Shown here: piece after piece, positions 10,337 to 20,481 of the stretch
How positions within the stretch are numbered: the stretch's first letter is position 1
Layout of the letters: each line of letters opens with the position of its first letter
Source: an uncultured Clostridium sp.
Lineage (GTDB): Bacteria; Bacillota; Clostridia; Ch29
Assembly: GCA_964625335.1 (NCBI GenBank)
Contig: CAZVBE010000002.1
Location: 36,689-100,688, forward strand
Reading direction: 5' to 3'
Length of the DNA stretch: 64,000 nt
Notes under the pieces: generated by a model
The model's input: the letters and a program-made list of their open reading frames with translations, nothing else
The model's database searches: none
What the model was told of the DNA's origin: nothing
Program-made: the position numbers and the translations under genes

Positions 10337-11287
10337 ATGGAGTATAAGTATTTGGGGCAAACAGGCATTAGGGTATCAAGGCTCTGTTTTGGGAGCCTTA
10401 CCATCAGTCCACTGCAGGTAAACCTTACCGTTGCCGAGGGTACAAAGCTGATAGCAGCGGCAATGGAGCGGGGCATAAATTTTTTGGACACGGCAGAGCT
10501 TTACGATAATTACCGGCATATCAGGGAAGCCTTACGGGGGCAGCCCAGGGAAAGCCTAGTTATAGCCACTAAAACCTATGCCTATACAAAGGAAATGGCA
10601 GAGGACAGCCTTAGGAAGGCATTAAAGGATATAAATGTCGACCATATAGACATATTTCTCCTGCACGAGCAGGAAAGTCAGCTTACATTAAAGGGCCATA
10701 ATGAAGCAATAGAATATTTGCTTAGGGCTAAGGAGAAGGGCTACATTTCCGCCTTTGGGGTGTCCACCCACCATGTTGAATGTGTAAAAGCTGCGGCCCG
10801 GTGGGATGATATACAGGTGGTTCACCCGATAGTAAACATTAAGGGACTGGGTATATCAGACGGCGGTATTGAAGATATGCTTGAGGCTATAAAACTGGCC
10901 GGTAACAATGGGAAGGGAATATACGCAATGAAGCCGTTGGGCGGCGGCAACATAGGCGGAAATTTCAGGGAATGCTTTGATTTCGTGTTAGGTATACCCC
11001 AAATAGATTCAATAGCTGTGGGAATGCAGTGCCGTGAAGAATTGGAAGTTAACCTTGCAATATTCGAAAACCGGCCTGTAGACAGGGATACTGAGAAGAT
11101 ATTGGCCGGCCGGCAGAGGCGCCTCCTTATAGAACCATGGTGTGAGGGATGTGGAAACTGTGTTTTGGCCTGCAGGCAGGGGGCTTTGCATTTAAAGGAC
11201 GGGAAGGCGGTTGTAAGGCAGGATATATGTACATTGTGCGGCTATTGTGCAGCGGGGTGCAAAAACTTTTATATTAAAGTAATGTGA
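10337..11287 (+). CDS. aldo/keto reductase fused to C-terminal 2x[4Fe-4S] ferredoxin domain
   Basis: AKR core (GINFLDTAELY..) plus C-terminal CEGCGNCVLAC and CTLCGYCAAGC cluster motifs. Confidence 0.75.
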   Translation: MEYKYLGQTGIRVSRLCFGSLTISPLQVNLTVAEGTKLIAAAMERGINFLDTAELYDNYRHIREALRGQPRESLVIATKTYAYTKEMAEDSLRKALKDINVDHIDIFLLHEQESQLTLKGHNEAIEYLLRAKEKGYISAFGVSTHHVECVKAAARWDDIQVVHPIVNIKGLGISDGGIEDMLEAIKLAGNNGKGIYAMKPLGGGNIGGNFRECFDFVLGIPQIDSIAVGMQCREELEVNLAIFENRPVDRDTEKILAGRQRRLLIEPWCEGCGNCVLACRQGALHLKDGKAVVRQDICTLCGYCAAGCKNFYIKVM

Positions 11288-11310
11288 GGTAAAACAGGGT
11301 GGTGTTTAAG

Positions 11311-11730
11311 TTGAGGGTTTTGGGACTTGATCTGGGAGACAAAACAATAGGGGTTGCGGTCAGCGATGCTTTCGGTTGGACGGCACAGGGACTTACAACC
11401 ATAAAAAGAAAAGATATAGATTCGGATATAGCGAGGATCAGGGAACTTGTCAGGGAATGGGAGGTATCTGAAATAGTAGTGGGGCTGCCTAAAAATATGA
11501 ATTCAACTATTGGACCCCAGGGCAGAAAATCTGTTGAATTTGCAAAGCTTTTGGAAGAGGCTACAGGGATGGAGATATTGTTGTGGGATGAAAGGCTTTC
11601 TACCGCAGCAGCCGAAAGGATGCTTATAGAGGGTGATGTCAGAAGGGAAAAAAGGAAAAAAGTAATTGACAAGGTTGCCGCTGCATTTATCCTGCAGGGA
11701 TATCTGGACAGCAAAGACAACAAGCGTTGA
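11311..11730 (+). CDS. ruvX: Holliday junction resolvase-like / pre-16S rRNA nuclease YqgF/RuvX
   Basis: [18 protein letters not shown].. has the RNase H-like YqgF signature. TTG 11311 follows RBS AGGGTGGTG. Confidence 0.85.
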   Translation: MRVLGLDLGDKTIGVAVSDAFGWTAQGLTTIKRKDIDSDIARIRELVREWEVSEIVVGLPKNMNSTIGPQGRKSVEFAKLLEEATGMEILLWDERLSTAAAERMLIEGDVRREKRKKVIDKVAAAFILQGYLDSKDNKR

Positions 11731-11782
11731 CAGCATAATTATAATATAATAAAATTTACCTGTAATACGGGAGGTGCTAATC

Positions 11783-12049
11783 TTGGATGAAGAAAGGGAA
11801 ATAATAGTACTATACGACGAAGAGGATAACGAGTGCCGGTTTGAAGTACTGGCGGTTTTAGATGTTGATAAAGGAAGATACGCAATTCTTATGCCGGCAG
11901 AGGTAAATGAAGAAGATGAAGAAGCTTACGTATTAAGGATAGAGCAGGACGAAAACGGTGAGGATATACTGATAGGGATAGACGATGACGAAGTGTTGAA
12001 TACGGTGGTAGAGGCTTATGAGGAACTGGCCAAGCAGGAAAACAATTAG
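11783..12049 (+). CDS. DUF1292 (YrzB-like) small acidic protein
   Basis: Acidic 88-aa protein (DEEREIIVLYDEEDNECRFEVLAVLDVD..) directly after ruvX, as yrzB is in Bacillus. Confidence 0.7.
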   Translation: MDEEREIIVLYDEEDNECRFEVLAVLDVDKGRYAILMPAEVNEEDEEAYVLRIEQDENGEDILIGIDDDEVLNTVVEAYEELAKQENN

Positions 12050-12106
12050 AAAGATTTTGTGATCCGGGAAATAGGAAGAGTTTACCCAATAATGGGAGGA
12101 TAGACA

Positions 12107-13495
12107 ATGAAGAGTTTAATACCACTGGATGAAGCGTTAAACTACAGCAGAAAACAGGTCAGGGAAGGCTACAAACAATATGTCAACCCGGGGCTTGCCA
12201 ATATGCTGGCTCTCCTTGATTTTGACAAAAGGTTTATAAGGGCAGAAGGTGTACAGGTGTGGGACCAACAGGGAGAAGAATATCTTGATTTTCTCGGCGG
12301 TTATGGAGCCCTAAACCTGGGGCATAACCCTGAAGTTGTTATAGAAGCCGTGCAGAGGGTTGCGGACCTGCCTAATATACTGCAGGCTTCGTTAAATCCA
12401 CTTGCCGCCGCTTTGGCAGAGAATCTTGCCCGCATAACACCCGGTGATTTAAAGTATTCTTTTTTTTGCAACAGCGGTACAGAGGCAGTGGAGGCGGCCT
12501 TGAAAATGTCAAGGCTGTGCAGTGGAAAGAGCAGGATTTTGTATTGCAGCAATTCCTTCCACGGAAAATCCTTCGGTTCACTTTCGGTTACAGGCAGAGA
12601 CAAATATAAAACGCCCTTCGGACCAACGCTGCCCGATTGCCAGGGAGTGGAGTACGACAATCTTTCTGCGCTGGAAGAAGGGTTGGCGAAGAAGGACGTT
12701 GCTGCGGTTATAGTAGAGCCAATACAGGGAGAAGGGGGTATTATAGTACCCAGAGCCGGATATTTAAGCGGTGTCAGGGAATTGTGCGACAGGTACCAGG
12801 CGTTGCTCATAATTGACGAAATACAATCCGGACTGGGCAGAACCGGAAAGTATTTTGACTGCGAACACGAAAATGTGGTGCCTGATATTATGTGTCTGGC
12901 TAAATCGTTGGGTGGAGGGATAATGCCCATAGGGGCATGTATTGCTGCCGGAAAGGTGTATGATAAAGCATATGGCAGTATGGACAGGTGTCTGTTGCAT
13001 ACCTCTACCTTTGGGGGCAATTCAAGGGCAATGGCTGCGGGGATTGCAGCCCTCGGATACATAGTTGACAATCGACTGGATTTGAAGGCAAAGGAAATGG
13101 GCGATTATGCTCTGGAAAGGATGCGGGATATGAAGGATCGATACCCGCTTATTAAGGATATAAGGGGCAGAGGGCTGATGCTGGGGATAGAGTTTCACAG
13201 CGGGGAAGGTAGCCTGATTGACAGGCTGTCGGGCGGAACCGCTTCCCGGTTGGGCAGGGAATATATAGGGGCTTTGGTGGCCGGTGAACTGCTTAACAAA
13301 CACAGGATAATTACAGCCTATACCCTTAATAATCCCAATGTAATAAGGCTGGAGCCGCCTCTAATAGTTAGCAGGCAGCAGATAGATTATGTGATTGAAA
13401 GTCTTGCAAGTATTATGCAGGCAAACAAAGGTGCCTTTCAAATGGCTTTATCCGGCGTTAAGAGTTCGGTAACCGGTAAACTAAAGAAAAAGTGA
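12107..13495 (+). CDS. class-III PLP-dependent aminotransferase (ornithine/acetylornithine/putrescine-type)
   Basis: 462 aa with the DEIQSGLGRTGK PLP-lysine region and GG..P motif. Substrate specificity cannot be read from sequence alone. Confidence 0.8.
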   Translation: MKSLIPLDEALNYSRKQVREGYKQYVNPGLANMLALLDFDKRFIRAEGVQVWDQQGEEYLDFLGGYGALNLGHNPEVVIEAVQRVADLPNILQASLNPLAAALAENLARITPGDLKYSFFCNSGTEAVEAALKMSRLCSGKSRILYCSNSFHGKSFGSLSVTGRDKYKTPFGPTLPDCQGVEYDNLSALEEGLAKKDVAAVIVEPIQGEGGIIVPRAGYLSGVRELCDRYQALLIIDEIQSGLGRTGKYFDCEHENVVPDIMCLAKSLGGGIMPIGACIAAGKVYDKAYGSMDRCLLHTSTFGGNSRAMAAGIAALGYIVDNRLDLKAKEMGDYALERMRDMKDRYPLIKDIRGRGLMLGIEFHSGEGSLIDRLSGGTASRLGREYIGALVAGELLNKHRIITAYTLNNPNVIRLEPPLIVSRQQIDYVIESLASIMQANKGAFQMALSGVKSSVTGKLKKK

Positions 13496-13715
13496 CAGGA
13501 GAGAGGCTTTCCTGTCATCTCCGGGTACTTGCAACTGTTGGCAGGTTTTGACCATATAAAAAAGAAAGGTATCCTTTGACGAGAACAGGCGAAAATTAAG
13601 TGCTTCGGATACACAGTAAAATGTTCATAAGAGGATTAAAAACAGGAATAAATACAGATAAATAAGGTATAGTGCTCCCAACTGTTGAAATAATTGAAAA
13701 GTGCAGGTGGTAAAA

Positions 13716-14153
13716 GTGGCTGGTTCCAACGCTATTATGGATTTGTTTAAAGACAAGGGATATAAGTATACTCTGCAAAGGAAAATAGTGGTTGATATGC
13801 TGTTAAAGCACCGGGGCAGGCATATGAGCACTGAGGATATTTATAATCTGGCTAAAAGGAAATGCCCGGAAATCGGCCTTGCTACAGTTTATAGAACCCT
13901 GCAGCTTTTGGAAGAATTGGGAGCCGTTAATAAGCTTAATTTTGACGATGGCTGCAGCAGGTACGAATTGATGGAGGATAATAAGGACCACCAGCATCAC
14001 CATCTAATATGTATATCCTGCGGTCGGGTACAGGAAGTAGAAGAGGATTTACTTGAAAATCTGGAAAAGAAAATTGAGGAGAAAAATCTCTTTAAAGTTA
14101 TAGATCATAGGGTGAAGTTTTTCGGTTTGTGCAGTAGTTGCGCAGATAAATAG
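13716..14153 (+). CDS. Fur-family metalloregulator (PerR/Fur-like)
   Basis: TLQRKIVVDML.. HTH, then HHHLICISCGRV and CSSC metal sites. The start is uncertain (GTG 13716 after AGGTGG, or ATG 13737). Confidence 0.75.
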   Translation: MAGSNAIMDLFKDKGYKYTLQRKIVVDMLLKHRGRHMSTEDIYNLAKRKCPEIGLATVYRTLQLLEELGAVNKLNFDDGCSRYELMEDNKDHQHHHLICISCGRVQEVEEDLLENLEKKIEEKNLFKVIDHRVKFFGLCSSCADK

Positions 14154-14178
14154 ACACCTGTTCGGGTGTTTTTTATTG
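14154..14178 (+). terminator. intrinsic terminator after fur-like gene
   Basis: ACACCTG-ttc-GGGTGT hairpin then TTTTTT. Confidence 0.6.
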
Positions 14179-14289
14179 GTTTATAAATATCGGTTAAGGG
14201 ACGGAAGCCGTAACGGGTATTAACCGAAAATTGTGTTGGGATAAAAAGAACTATAACAACAAAGGGGTAATAAAAAGGAGAGTGAAGAT

Positions 14290-15963
14290 ATGACAAAAGA
14301 GAGGAATAACGAAAAGGTCAGGATTATTCCCCTTGGAGGGCTGCATGAAATAGGCAAGAATATGACGGTAATTGAACAGGGCAACGACATAATTGTGGTG
14401 GATTGCGGATTAACCTTCCCGGAGGAAGAGATGTTGGGGATAGATATTGTTATACCCGACACTTCATACCTTGTGAAAAATAAAGATAAAATAAGGGGTA
14501 TTGTACTGACCCACGGTCATGAGGACCATATAGGGGCTCTGCCCTATGTGCTGCAGCAGTTTAATGTTCCGATTTACGGTACAAGGCTTACGCTGGGGCT
14601 TGTGAAAAACAAGCTGGTCGAATTCAATATTGCCGAAAACAGCAAGATGATAGTAGTGAAACCTGGGGATACAATAGAGCTGGGACATATAAGCGTGGAA
14701 TTCATACGGACCAGCCACAGTATAGCGGATTCCGTGGCATTGGCAATAACCACCGGTGCCGGGGTTATTGTGCATACAAGCGATTTCAAGGTGGATTTTA
14801 CGCCTATAGACGGGGAAATGATGAACCTTCATAAGTTTGCGGAATTGGGCGAAAAAGGTGTCCTGCTTTTATTGGCGGACAGTACTAATGTAGAAAGGCC
14901 GGGGTATACCATGTCCGAAAGCACGGTGGGACAGACCTTTGACGATATCCTCGCCGGCACCAAAGACAGGATAATTGTGGCGACCTTTGCGTCAAATGTA
15001 CACAGGATACAGCAAATAATTAACTCTACCCACAAGGTTGGCAGAAAGCTGGCGGTATGCGGCAGAAGCATGGTTAACGTTGTGGGGGTTGCCCTCGAGC
15101 TTGGCTACCTGAACATACCGGATGGTCTTATGATAGATATAGATGAAATAGGACGGTATCGGAATCATGAACTGACCATTCTTACCACCGGCAGCCAGGG
15201 CGAGCCGATGTCAGCGCTGACCCGGATGGCCAATGCAGATCACAGAAATGTAGAAATACTGCCCGGGGACATGGTAATAATTTCTGCCAGCGCAATCCCG
15301 GGGAATGAAAAGCTGATAGGCAGGGTTATAAACAGGCTGTTTGCCAAAGGAGCAAACGTGATATATGAAGATTTGGCTGACATACACGTGTCGGGTCATG
15401 CATGCCAGGAAGAACTTAAGCTTATACATTCCCTTGTCAGGCCGAAGTTTTTTATACCGGTACATGGTGAGTACAGGCACCTGGAACGTCATGCACGGCT
15501 TGCAAAGTCGTTGGGTATGGCCAGCGACCATATTTTACTGGCCGAGATAGGCAATGTGATAGAACTGACGAAAAATTCGGCCAAGATAACCGGAAATGTT
15601 ACGGCTGGAAAGGTGCTTGTGGATGGTCTGGGAGTTGGAGATGTGGGGAATGTCGTGCTTAGGGACAGGAAACACCTGGCACAGGACGGGCTTATGGTGG
15701 TGGTGGTTACCATATCCAAAGAAAAGGGAGGAATAGTTGGCGGCCCGGACATAATATCAAGGGGATTTGTGTATGTCAGAGAATCCGAGGATTTGATGGA
15801 AGAGGCCCGGGTAGTTGTAAAGGATGCCCTGGCCCGTTGTGAACAAAAGCAAATTACTGAATGGGCCACCCTTAAATCGGGTATCAGGGACAGCCTCAGG
15901 ACCTTTTTGTATGAAAAGACAAAGCGCAAGCCTATGATATTGCCTATAATAATGGAGATATAG
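14290..15963 (+). CDS. rnj: ribonuclease J
   Basis: 557 aa with the MBL HxHxDH motif (THGHEDHIGALP), beta-CASP and C-terminal domains. Overall layout fits RNase J1/J2. Confidence 0.9.
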   Translation: MTKERNNEKVRIIPLGGLHEIGKNMTVIEQGNDIIVVDCGLTFPEEEMLGIDIVIPDTSYLVKNKDKIRGIVLTHGHEDHIGALPYVLQQFNVPIYGTRLTLGLVKNKLVEFNIAENSKMIVVKPGDTIELGHISVEFIRTSHSIADSVALAITTGAGVIVHTSDFKVDFTPIDGEMMNLHKFAELGEKGVLLLLADSTNVERPGYTMSESTVGQTFDDILAGTKDRIIVATFASNVHRIQQIINSTHKVGRKLAVCGRSMVNVVGVALELGYLNIPDGLMIDIDEIGRYRNHELTILTTGSQGEPMSALTRMANADHRNVEILPGDMVIISASAIPGNEKLIGRVINRLFAKGANVIYEDLADIHVSGHACQEELKLIHSLVRPKFFIPVHGEYRHLERHARLAKSLGMASDHILLAEIGNVIELTKNSAKITGNVTAGKVLVDGLGVGDVGNVVLRDRKHLAQDGLMVVVVTISKEKGGIVGGPDIISRGFVYVRESEDLMEEARVVVKDALARCEQKQITEWATLKSGIRDSLRTFLYEKTKRKPMILPIIMEI

Positions 15964-16009
15964 AAGATAAAAACCGAATTAGCTGAATATACATTCTGGG
16001 AGGGCAATT

Positions 16010-16294
16010 ATGTGGCTGTATATGTTGTTTCTTGTTTTCGGAATAGTATTGGGGATAACAGGTAAAATGCCCGGCAAAATAGCGGCAAAAAGTGCCGGCT
16101 TTCAGTTCTGGTCGCTCCTTTTGATTTTGTTTGCAATGGGTGTGGGGATAGGCTCAAACAATGAAATAATAGAAAGCTTTCTGTCAATAGGTCTGCACTC
16201 GGCAGCGTTTGCGGCGGCCGCCATAATAGGAAGCCTGGCCATGGTCAGGATATTCAGGCCGGTTATACAGCGCAAGAGGGAGGAGACCCGATGA
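16010..16294 (+). CDS. DUF340/LysO-family small membrane protein
   Basis: 94-aa, 3-TM protein translationally coupled to the next gene. Confidence 0.5.
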   Translation: MWLYMLFLVFGIVLGITGKMPGKIAAKSAGFQFWSLLLILFAMGVGIGSNNEIIESFLSIGLHSAAFAAAAIIGSLAMVRIFRPVIQRKREETR

Positions 16295-16893
16295 GTTGGA
16301 TAATCATGTCGGCGGTCGTACTGGGAATTGCAGCGGGGATTTTTGTTTTACCCGTATCCCTTTCTCAACACTCCGGAATGTTTATTAATGCCGGCGTGTG
16401 CTTTTTGTTATTTTGGGTTGGAGTGGATATTGGGGGAAACAAGGATAGTTTGATAAAACTTAAAGAGTACGGCTGGCGGATTTTCCTTATCCCGACAGGA
16501 ATAGCTGTGGGAAGCATTGCGGGCACAATTGCGGTGGGAAGCCTCCTTGGGTATACTATCGGCGAGGCCGGAGCCGTAGGAGCCGGACTGGGTTGGTATA
16601 GTCTGTCAGGTGTACTGTTAACAGAGCTTCACAGCATACGCCTTGGGACTGTAGCTTTTGTTACCAACGTCATAAGGGAACTTATTGCCTTTGTGATAAT
16701 CCCTGTGGTGGCAGCCAGAATCGGGCATATAGAGGCTATAACGCCCGGAGGCTCAACTTGTATGGACACAACATTGCCGGTTATATCAAGGTCTACGGGA
16801 CCCGAAACGGCAATACTGGCCTTTCTAAGCGGCGTATTGCTGACGGCGGTTGTACCTGTTCTTGTATCCTTGCTTATAAAACTACCATTCTAA
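16291..16893 (+). CDS. LysO-family (DUF340) membrane protein, putative amino-acid exporter
   Basis: 200-aa polytopic protein paired with the preceding small subunit, an arrangement typical of YbjE/LysO-like two-part exporters. Confidence 0.5.
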   Translation: MSWIIMSAVVLGIAAGIFVLPVSLSQHSGMFINAGVCFLLFWVGVDIGGNKDSLIKLKEYGWRIFLIPTGIAVGSIAGTIAVGSLLGYTIGEAGAVGAGLGWYSLSGVLLTELHSIRLGTVAFVTNVIRELIAFVIIPVVAARIGHIEAITPGGSTCMDTTLPVISRSTGPETAILAFLSGVLLTAVVPVLVSLLIKLPF

Positions 16894-16906
16894 AGGGGGG
16901 AGAGAT

Positions 16907-17239
16907 ATGAATCCATACGATATTGCGCACAGTTTAGCCAAAGCGCTCAAGGAAAGCGCCGAGTATGAAGAATACAGTAAGGCAAAAGAAGCGGTGGACA
17001 AGGACGAATCCAAAAAAACCATAGTAGATGAATTCAGGAAAAAGCAGCTGGAAATGCAGACCATAAAATCCTTTGGGCAGGATGTAAGCGATGAGCAGAT
17101 GGAAGAACTCCATAGGTTGTTTAACCTTGTATCCATGGATGAAGAAGCCAAGGCCCTTATGCAATCTGAACAGAGGCTGGGACAGCTGCTAAGCGATATA
17201 TACAAAATAATCGGAGATGCACTGAAAACCGAGGAGTAG
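16907..17239 (+). CDS. YlbF/YmcA-family (UPF0342) regulatory protein
   Basis: 110 aa helical protein (MNPYDIAHSLAKALKESAEYEEY..) with the size and profile of the YlbF/YmcA family. Confidence 0.6.
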   Translation: MNPYDIAHSLAKALKESAEYEEYSKAKEAVDKDESKKTIVDEFRKKQLEMQTIKSFGQDVSDEQMEELHRLFNLVSMDEEAKALMQSEQRLGQLLSDIYKIIGDALKTEE

Positions 17240-17273
17240 TGCTGATGGGATGAGCGCAAAGGAGTAATTTTGC

Positions 17274-17705
17274 ATGCCATTTGATACCATTTCAAAAGAA
17301 TATTTTATAAAGCGGTTAGTTGATTTATGCTTGCGCAGCGGACTATCGGGATTCCCCACAGATGAGGCGGATAATCATATTTTGTTTAAAAGTGTGATTT
17401 TAATCCTTGATAAATCGGATGTTTTTACCGAGAAAGAAATCAACTATAAACTCGAATACTGGATCAGGCAAATTAGTCATATGAAAAATACAGACCATAT
17501 TACTTTACGGCGCAGTTTGATAGATGCCGGATACTTAACCCGGAATATGGATGGTTCATGTTATCAAGTATCTCCGCTGGCACCTGGGTCCAAATACTTC
17601 GATGATACTATTGAGAAGATTGATATCATTCAGGTTATTAAAACTGCTCAAGAAGAAATTGATAGAAGAAAAAGGGCGTATATGGAAAACACGAGTATTA
17701 GATAA
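17274..17705 (+). CDS. DUF2087 domain protein
   Basis: The ..TDHITLRRSLIDAGYLTRNMDGSCYQV segment matches the DUF2087 core motif. Confidence 0.5.
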   Translation: MPFDTISKEYFIKRLVDLCLRSGLSGFPTDEADNHILFKSVILILDKSDVFTEKEINYKLEYWIRQISHMKNTDHITLRRSLIDAGYLTRNMDGSCYQVSPLAPGSKYFDDTIEKIDIIQVIKTAQEEIDRRKRAYMENTSIR

Positions 17706-18031
17706 TGACATTTTTTTGAGCTTAAATAATTGAATATACAGGCATGAAATAATATAGGTGTGTTTTGTCCGGAAAAGGCGAATACACCTGTATTTTTAAT
17801 AGCGAGAACGGGTATATGCAGACCGGGTAAGACGTTTCGGAGGAAGCCAGCCGACGTACTTGATTTTTATACGAGCAAAACAGAAACCGGTATAAGAATA
17901 CTGCTTACCTGTGATCGTAATTTTGGCAACAGCTGCGCAGCCATACGAGGTAAATGGGAGTAATTAGGGCCCCAAATGCAGGAATGTCTGTGTAACTTTG
18001 CGGACATACTATTTACAGGAGCGTGACCAAC

Positions 18032-18460
18032 ATGAACGGAAATGCCGAACTTTTAAACTTTATATATCAAAATTCCCAAATGGGTGTGGATACAATCAAA
18101 CAATTGCTGTCTATAGTTGAAGACAAAGAGTTTAAAAAGCACTTAGAAGCTCAATATAACGAGTATAAAAGAATTCATAGTGATGCCAGGCTGATGCTGA
18201 ATAAAAACGGATATGATGAAAAAGGCATCGGAAAATTTGATAAGATTAAAACCCATTTAATGATGAATATGGAGACCCTTACCGATAAGACGGTCTCCCA
18301 TATTTCTGAAATGCTTATTATAGGAAGTAATATGGGTGTAATAAACGCAATTAAAAATATCAAAAAGTATCAGGATGCGGAACCGGACATTATAAATCTT
18401 ATGGAAAGGTTGCTAAGGTTTGAGGAAAATAATATCCGGGAATTAAAAGCGTTTCTTTAA
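18032..18460 (+). CDS. hypothetical helical protein
   Basis: ORF of about 143 aa with no recognisable family. The start is uncertain (GTG 18023 or ATG 18032). Confidence 0.4.
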   Translation: MNGNAELLNFIYQNSQMGVDTIKQLLSIVEDKEFKKHLEAQYNEYKRIHSDARLMLNKNGYDEKGIGKFDKIKTHLMMNMETLTDKTVSHISEMLIIGSNMGVINAIKNIKKYQDAEPDIINLMERLLRFEENNIRELKAFL

Positions 18461-18509
18461 AAAAATAACTAGTCTATATGACGAAAGAACACTTTAAGGA
18501 GGCGGGCAA

Positions 18510-19505
18510 TTGTATCCGGATAAAATTTTCTACGAGCCTGCTGTTTTGGGCTACGAGCTTGGCAGAAAGCTGAAAGAAAAGTATAAAAACGTCCCATGGC
18601 TGCCAATCGAAAGCCACAACAATATCGGGCAGTTGCGCCGCAATCCCAATAAAGAATTTGCCAGGATGAAGAAGCATCTTATTATAGGTGTCAGAAAATC
18701 CTTGAAATACACGCCAAACCATAAGGTTTCGGATTTTCTGGTACCGTACACTTCGTCGGGTTGCAGTGCCATGTGTCTTTACTGCTATTTAGTGTGTAAC
18801 TATAACAAATGCTCATACCTCAGACTGTTCGTAAACCGCGAGCGGATGATGGATAAACTGATAAAGACAGCAAACCATTCGGAAAAAGATATTGTTTTTG
18901 AGATTGGCAGCAACAGCGACCTTGTTTTGGAAAACACCATTACGGGAAATCTGGAATGGACTGTAGAAAGCTTTGGCAAAACCTCAAAAGGATTTCTTAC
19001 ATTTCCTACTAAGTTTGACATGGTGGAACCGCTCCTTGGGCTGGAACACAGGGGAAGAGTCATCATGCGTATGAGCGTGAACCCGGAAGAAATCATACGA
19101 AAAGTAGAGTTCGGAACGGCTTCTCTGAAAGCAAGGATAAGTGCACTAAACCGTATGTGCGATGCAGGATACAGAGTAGGGATGCTGATAGCTCCTGTAG
19201 TAATGGCAGAGAACTGGATGGAGCTTTACGGACGGCTGATGGAACAGCTGTCCGACGAGATTTCTCAAAAGGTAAAGGACCAATTACTTATCGAAATTAT
19301 TTTTATGACTTACAGCTACGTACACCGGGCAATCAACCGGGAGGCGTTCCCAAATGCAGTGGAGTTGTTTGACAAATCCCTTATGACCGGCCGGGGCCGG
19401 GGGAAATACTGCTACCGGGAAGATGTAAGAGCTATGGGCGAACAGTTTTTAAGGGAACAGATCTCACAAAAATTAAGCGGTATTCCAATAGTCTATGTGG
19501 TTTAA
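18510..19505 (+). CDS. splB: spore photoproduct lyase (radical SAM)
   Basis: CSAMCLYCY radical-SAM cluster motif and collinear similarity to Bacillus SplB over the whole 331 aa. Confidence 0.85.
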   Translation: MYPDKIFYEPAVLGYELGRKLKEKYKNVPWLPIESHNNIGQLRRNPNKEFARMKKHLIIGVRKSLKYTPNHKVSDFLVPYTSSGCSAMCLYCYLVCNYNKCSYLRLFVNRERMMDKLIKTANHSEKDIVFEIGSNSDLVLENTITGNLEWTVESFGKTSKGFLTFPTKFDMVEPLLGLEHRGRVIMRMSVNPEEIIRKVEFGTASLKARISALNRMCDAGYRVGMLIAPVVMAENWMELYGRLMEQLSDEISQKVKDQLLIEIIFMTYSYVHRAINREAFPNAVELFDKSLMTGRGRGKYCYREDVRAMGEQFLREQISQKLSGIPIVYVV

Positions 19506-19531
19506 CACCGACCAAGCGACCAAGGGAGCAC

Positions 19532-19552
19532 GACCAAGGGGACGGTTCTTGT
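19532..19552 (+). repeat. solo REP unit (same family as the RAYT-flanking REPs)
   Basis: CGACCAAGGGGACGGTTCTTG lies directly after the splB stop. It is preceded by a degenerate CGACCAAG tandem (19508-19525). Confidence 0.7.
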
Positions 19553-19596
19553 GGTTGTTATACTTCCACAGCTGTGATACGTTTAGCCGTGGGGGT

Positions 19597-19655
19597 ATAT
19601 TTTATACCTAGAATAGCAAGAAAGAAAAGCGAAAGTGGGATATTTTATAACAGCG
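19597..19655 (+). pseudogene. 5' remnant of a Y1 (RAYT-like) transposase gene
   Basis: 19532-19655 is about 85% identical to 21254-21385 (REP plus the leader and first codons of the transposase at 21329). The ATG is replaced by ATACCTAG, and similarity ends after about 20 codons. Confidence 0.6.
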
Positions 19656-19845
19656 ATTTTGTATGTCTATCAAAACCTGGTAAAGGCCGGCCATGCAAAG
19701 AAGGTATAGGATTGTAAATGAAGAAGCTATAATGAACGTAAAGAAGCTAGATGTCTTGGAGGGGAGCCTTTATTAGATGAAAAGAATGTTAAATAGCAGT
19801 TTACCGCATGGGGATAGATATTCACTGAGATATGATTATTAGAAA

Positions 19846-20327
19846 TTGCTTTCTATATTTGTTCTTTATGAGCTGATTTTTGATTATGATATGGAGCTTT
19901 TATGGCCAAGACTTATGATTTATCTAATTGTCATAGAGTTGATAAACCTAAAGAATTATAAGCATAAGTCAGCGGAGGAACCAGTTGAGAGTATTGAATA
20001 TATTGTGGTGATTACAGGCTATACAGGTATGAAATTGGCAGAGGAGGAGATCCACAGCTTTTAGTGGATGATCGGGTCTTATCTTATATTGTTACAGACT
20101 ATGGAATATACTATTCTTTACATTCCAAAGATGTGGGTTATCCAGGTGAAGGGCTTTATAAAACAGGGCTTGATGGAACCGGAAAAACCTTATTAGACGA
20201 TACACAAAGAATCGAGAGTATAAGTCAGCTAGGGAATTGGCTATTTTTCATGTCATCTGATGACAACATATACCCAAGTCAAAAGAGACTAGAACTATGG
20301 TCACAAGAGATAACAGTTATGAGTTAA
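19846..20327 (+). pseudogene. frameshifted fragment of a DUF5050-like repeat protein in a low-GC patch
   Basis: Two abutting ORFs in different frames. The second carries the DUF5050-like pattern IYYSLHS..GLYKTGLDGTGKTLL. The region is AT-rich with no credible RBS. Confidence 0.3.
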
Positions 20328-20481
20328 TATGGCATTTTAGCCAAAAGAGATTAAATAGTGTATTATCTTCCGGAGATAGGTTTCGTTAAAGATTCCAAAA
20401 AGAAAAATTGAGCTACTGTTTTATAACCCTTCCTTCAAGGTATTATATAACTATACAAATAGATATAGGGGAGGGTTTTTG

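Noticed and set aside
12301-13071. 256-aa minus-strand ORF inside the aminotransferase gene
   Set aside because: Antisense to a well-supported CDS, with no family signal.
15489-16007. 172-aa minus-strand ORF overlapping the 3' end of rnj
   Set aside because: Antisense to RNase J, with a Ser/Thr/Pro-rich artefactual translation.
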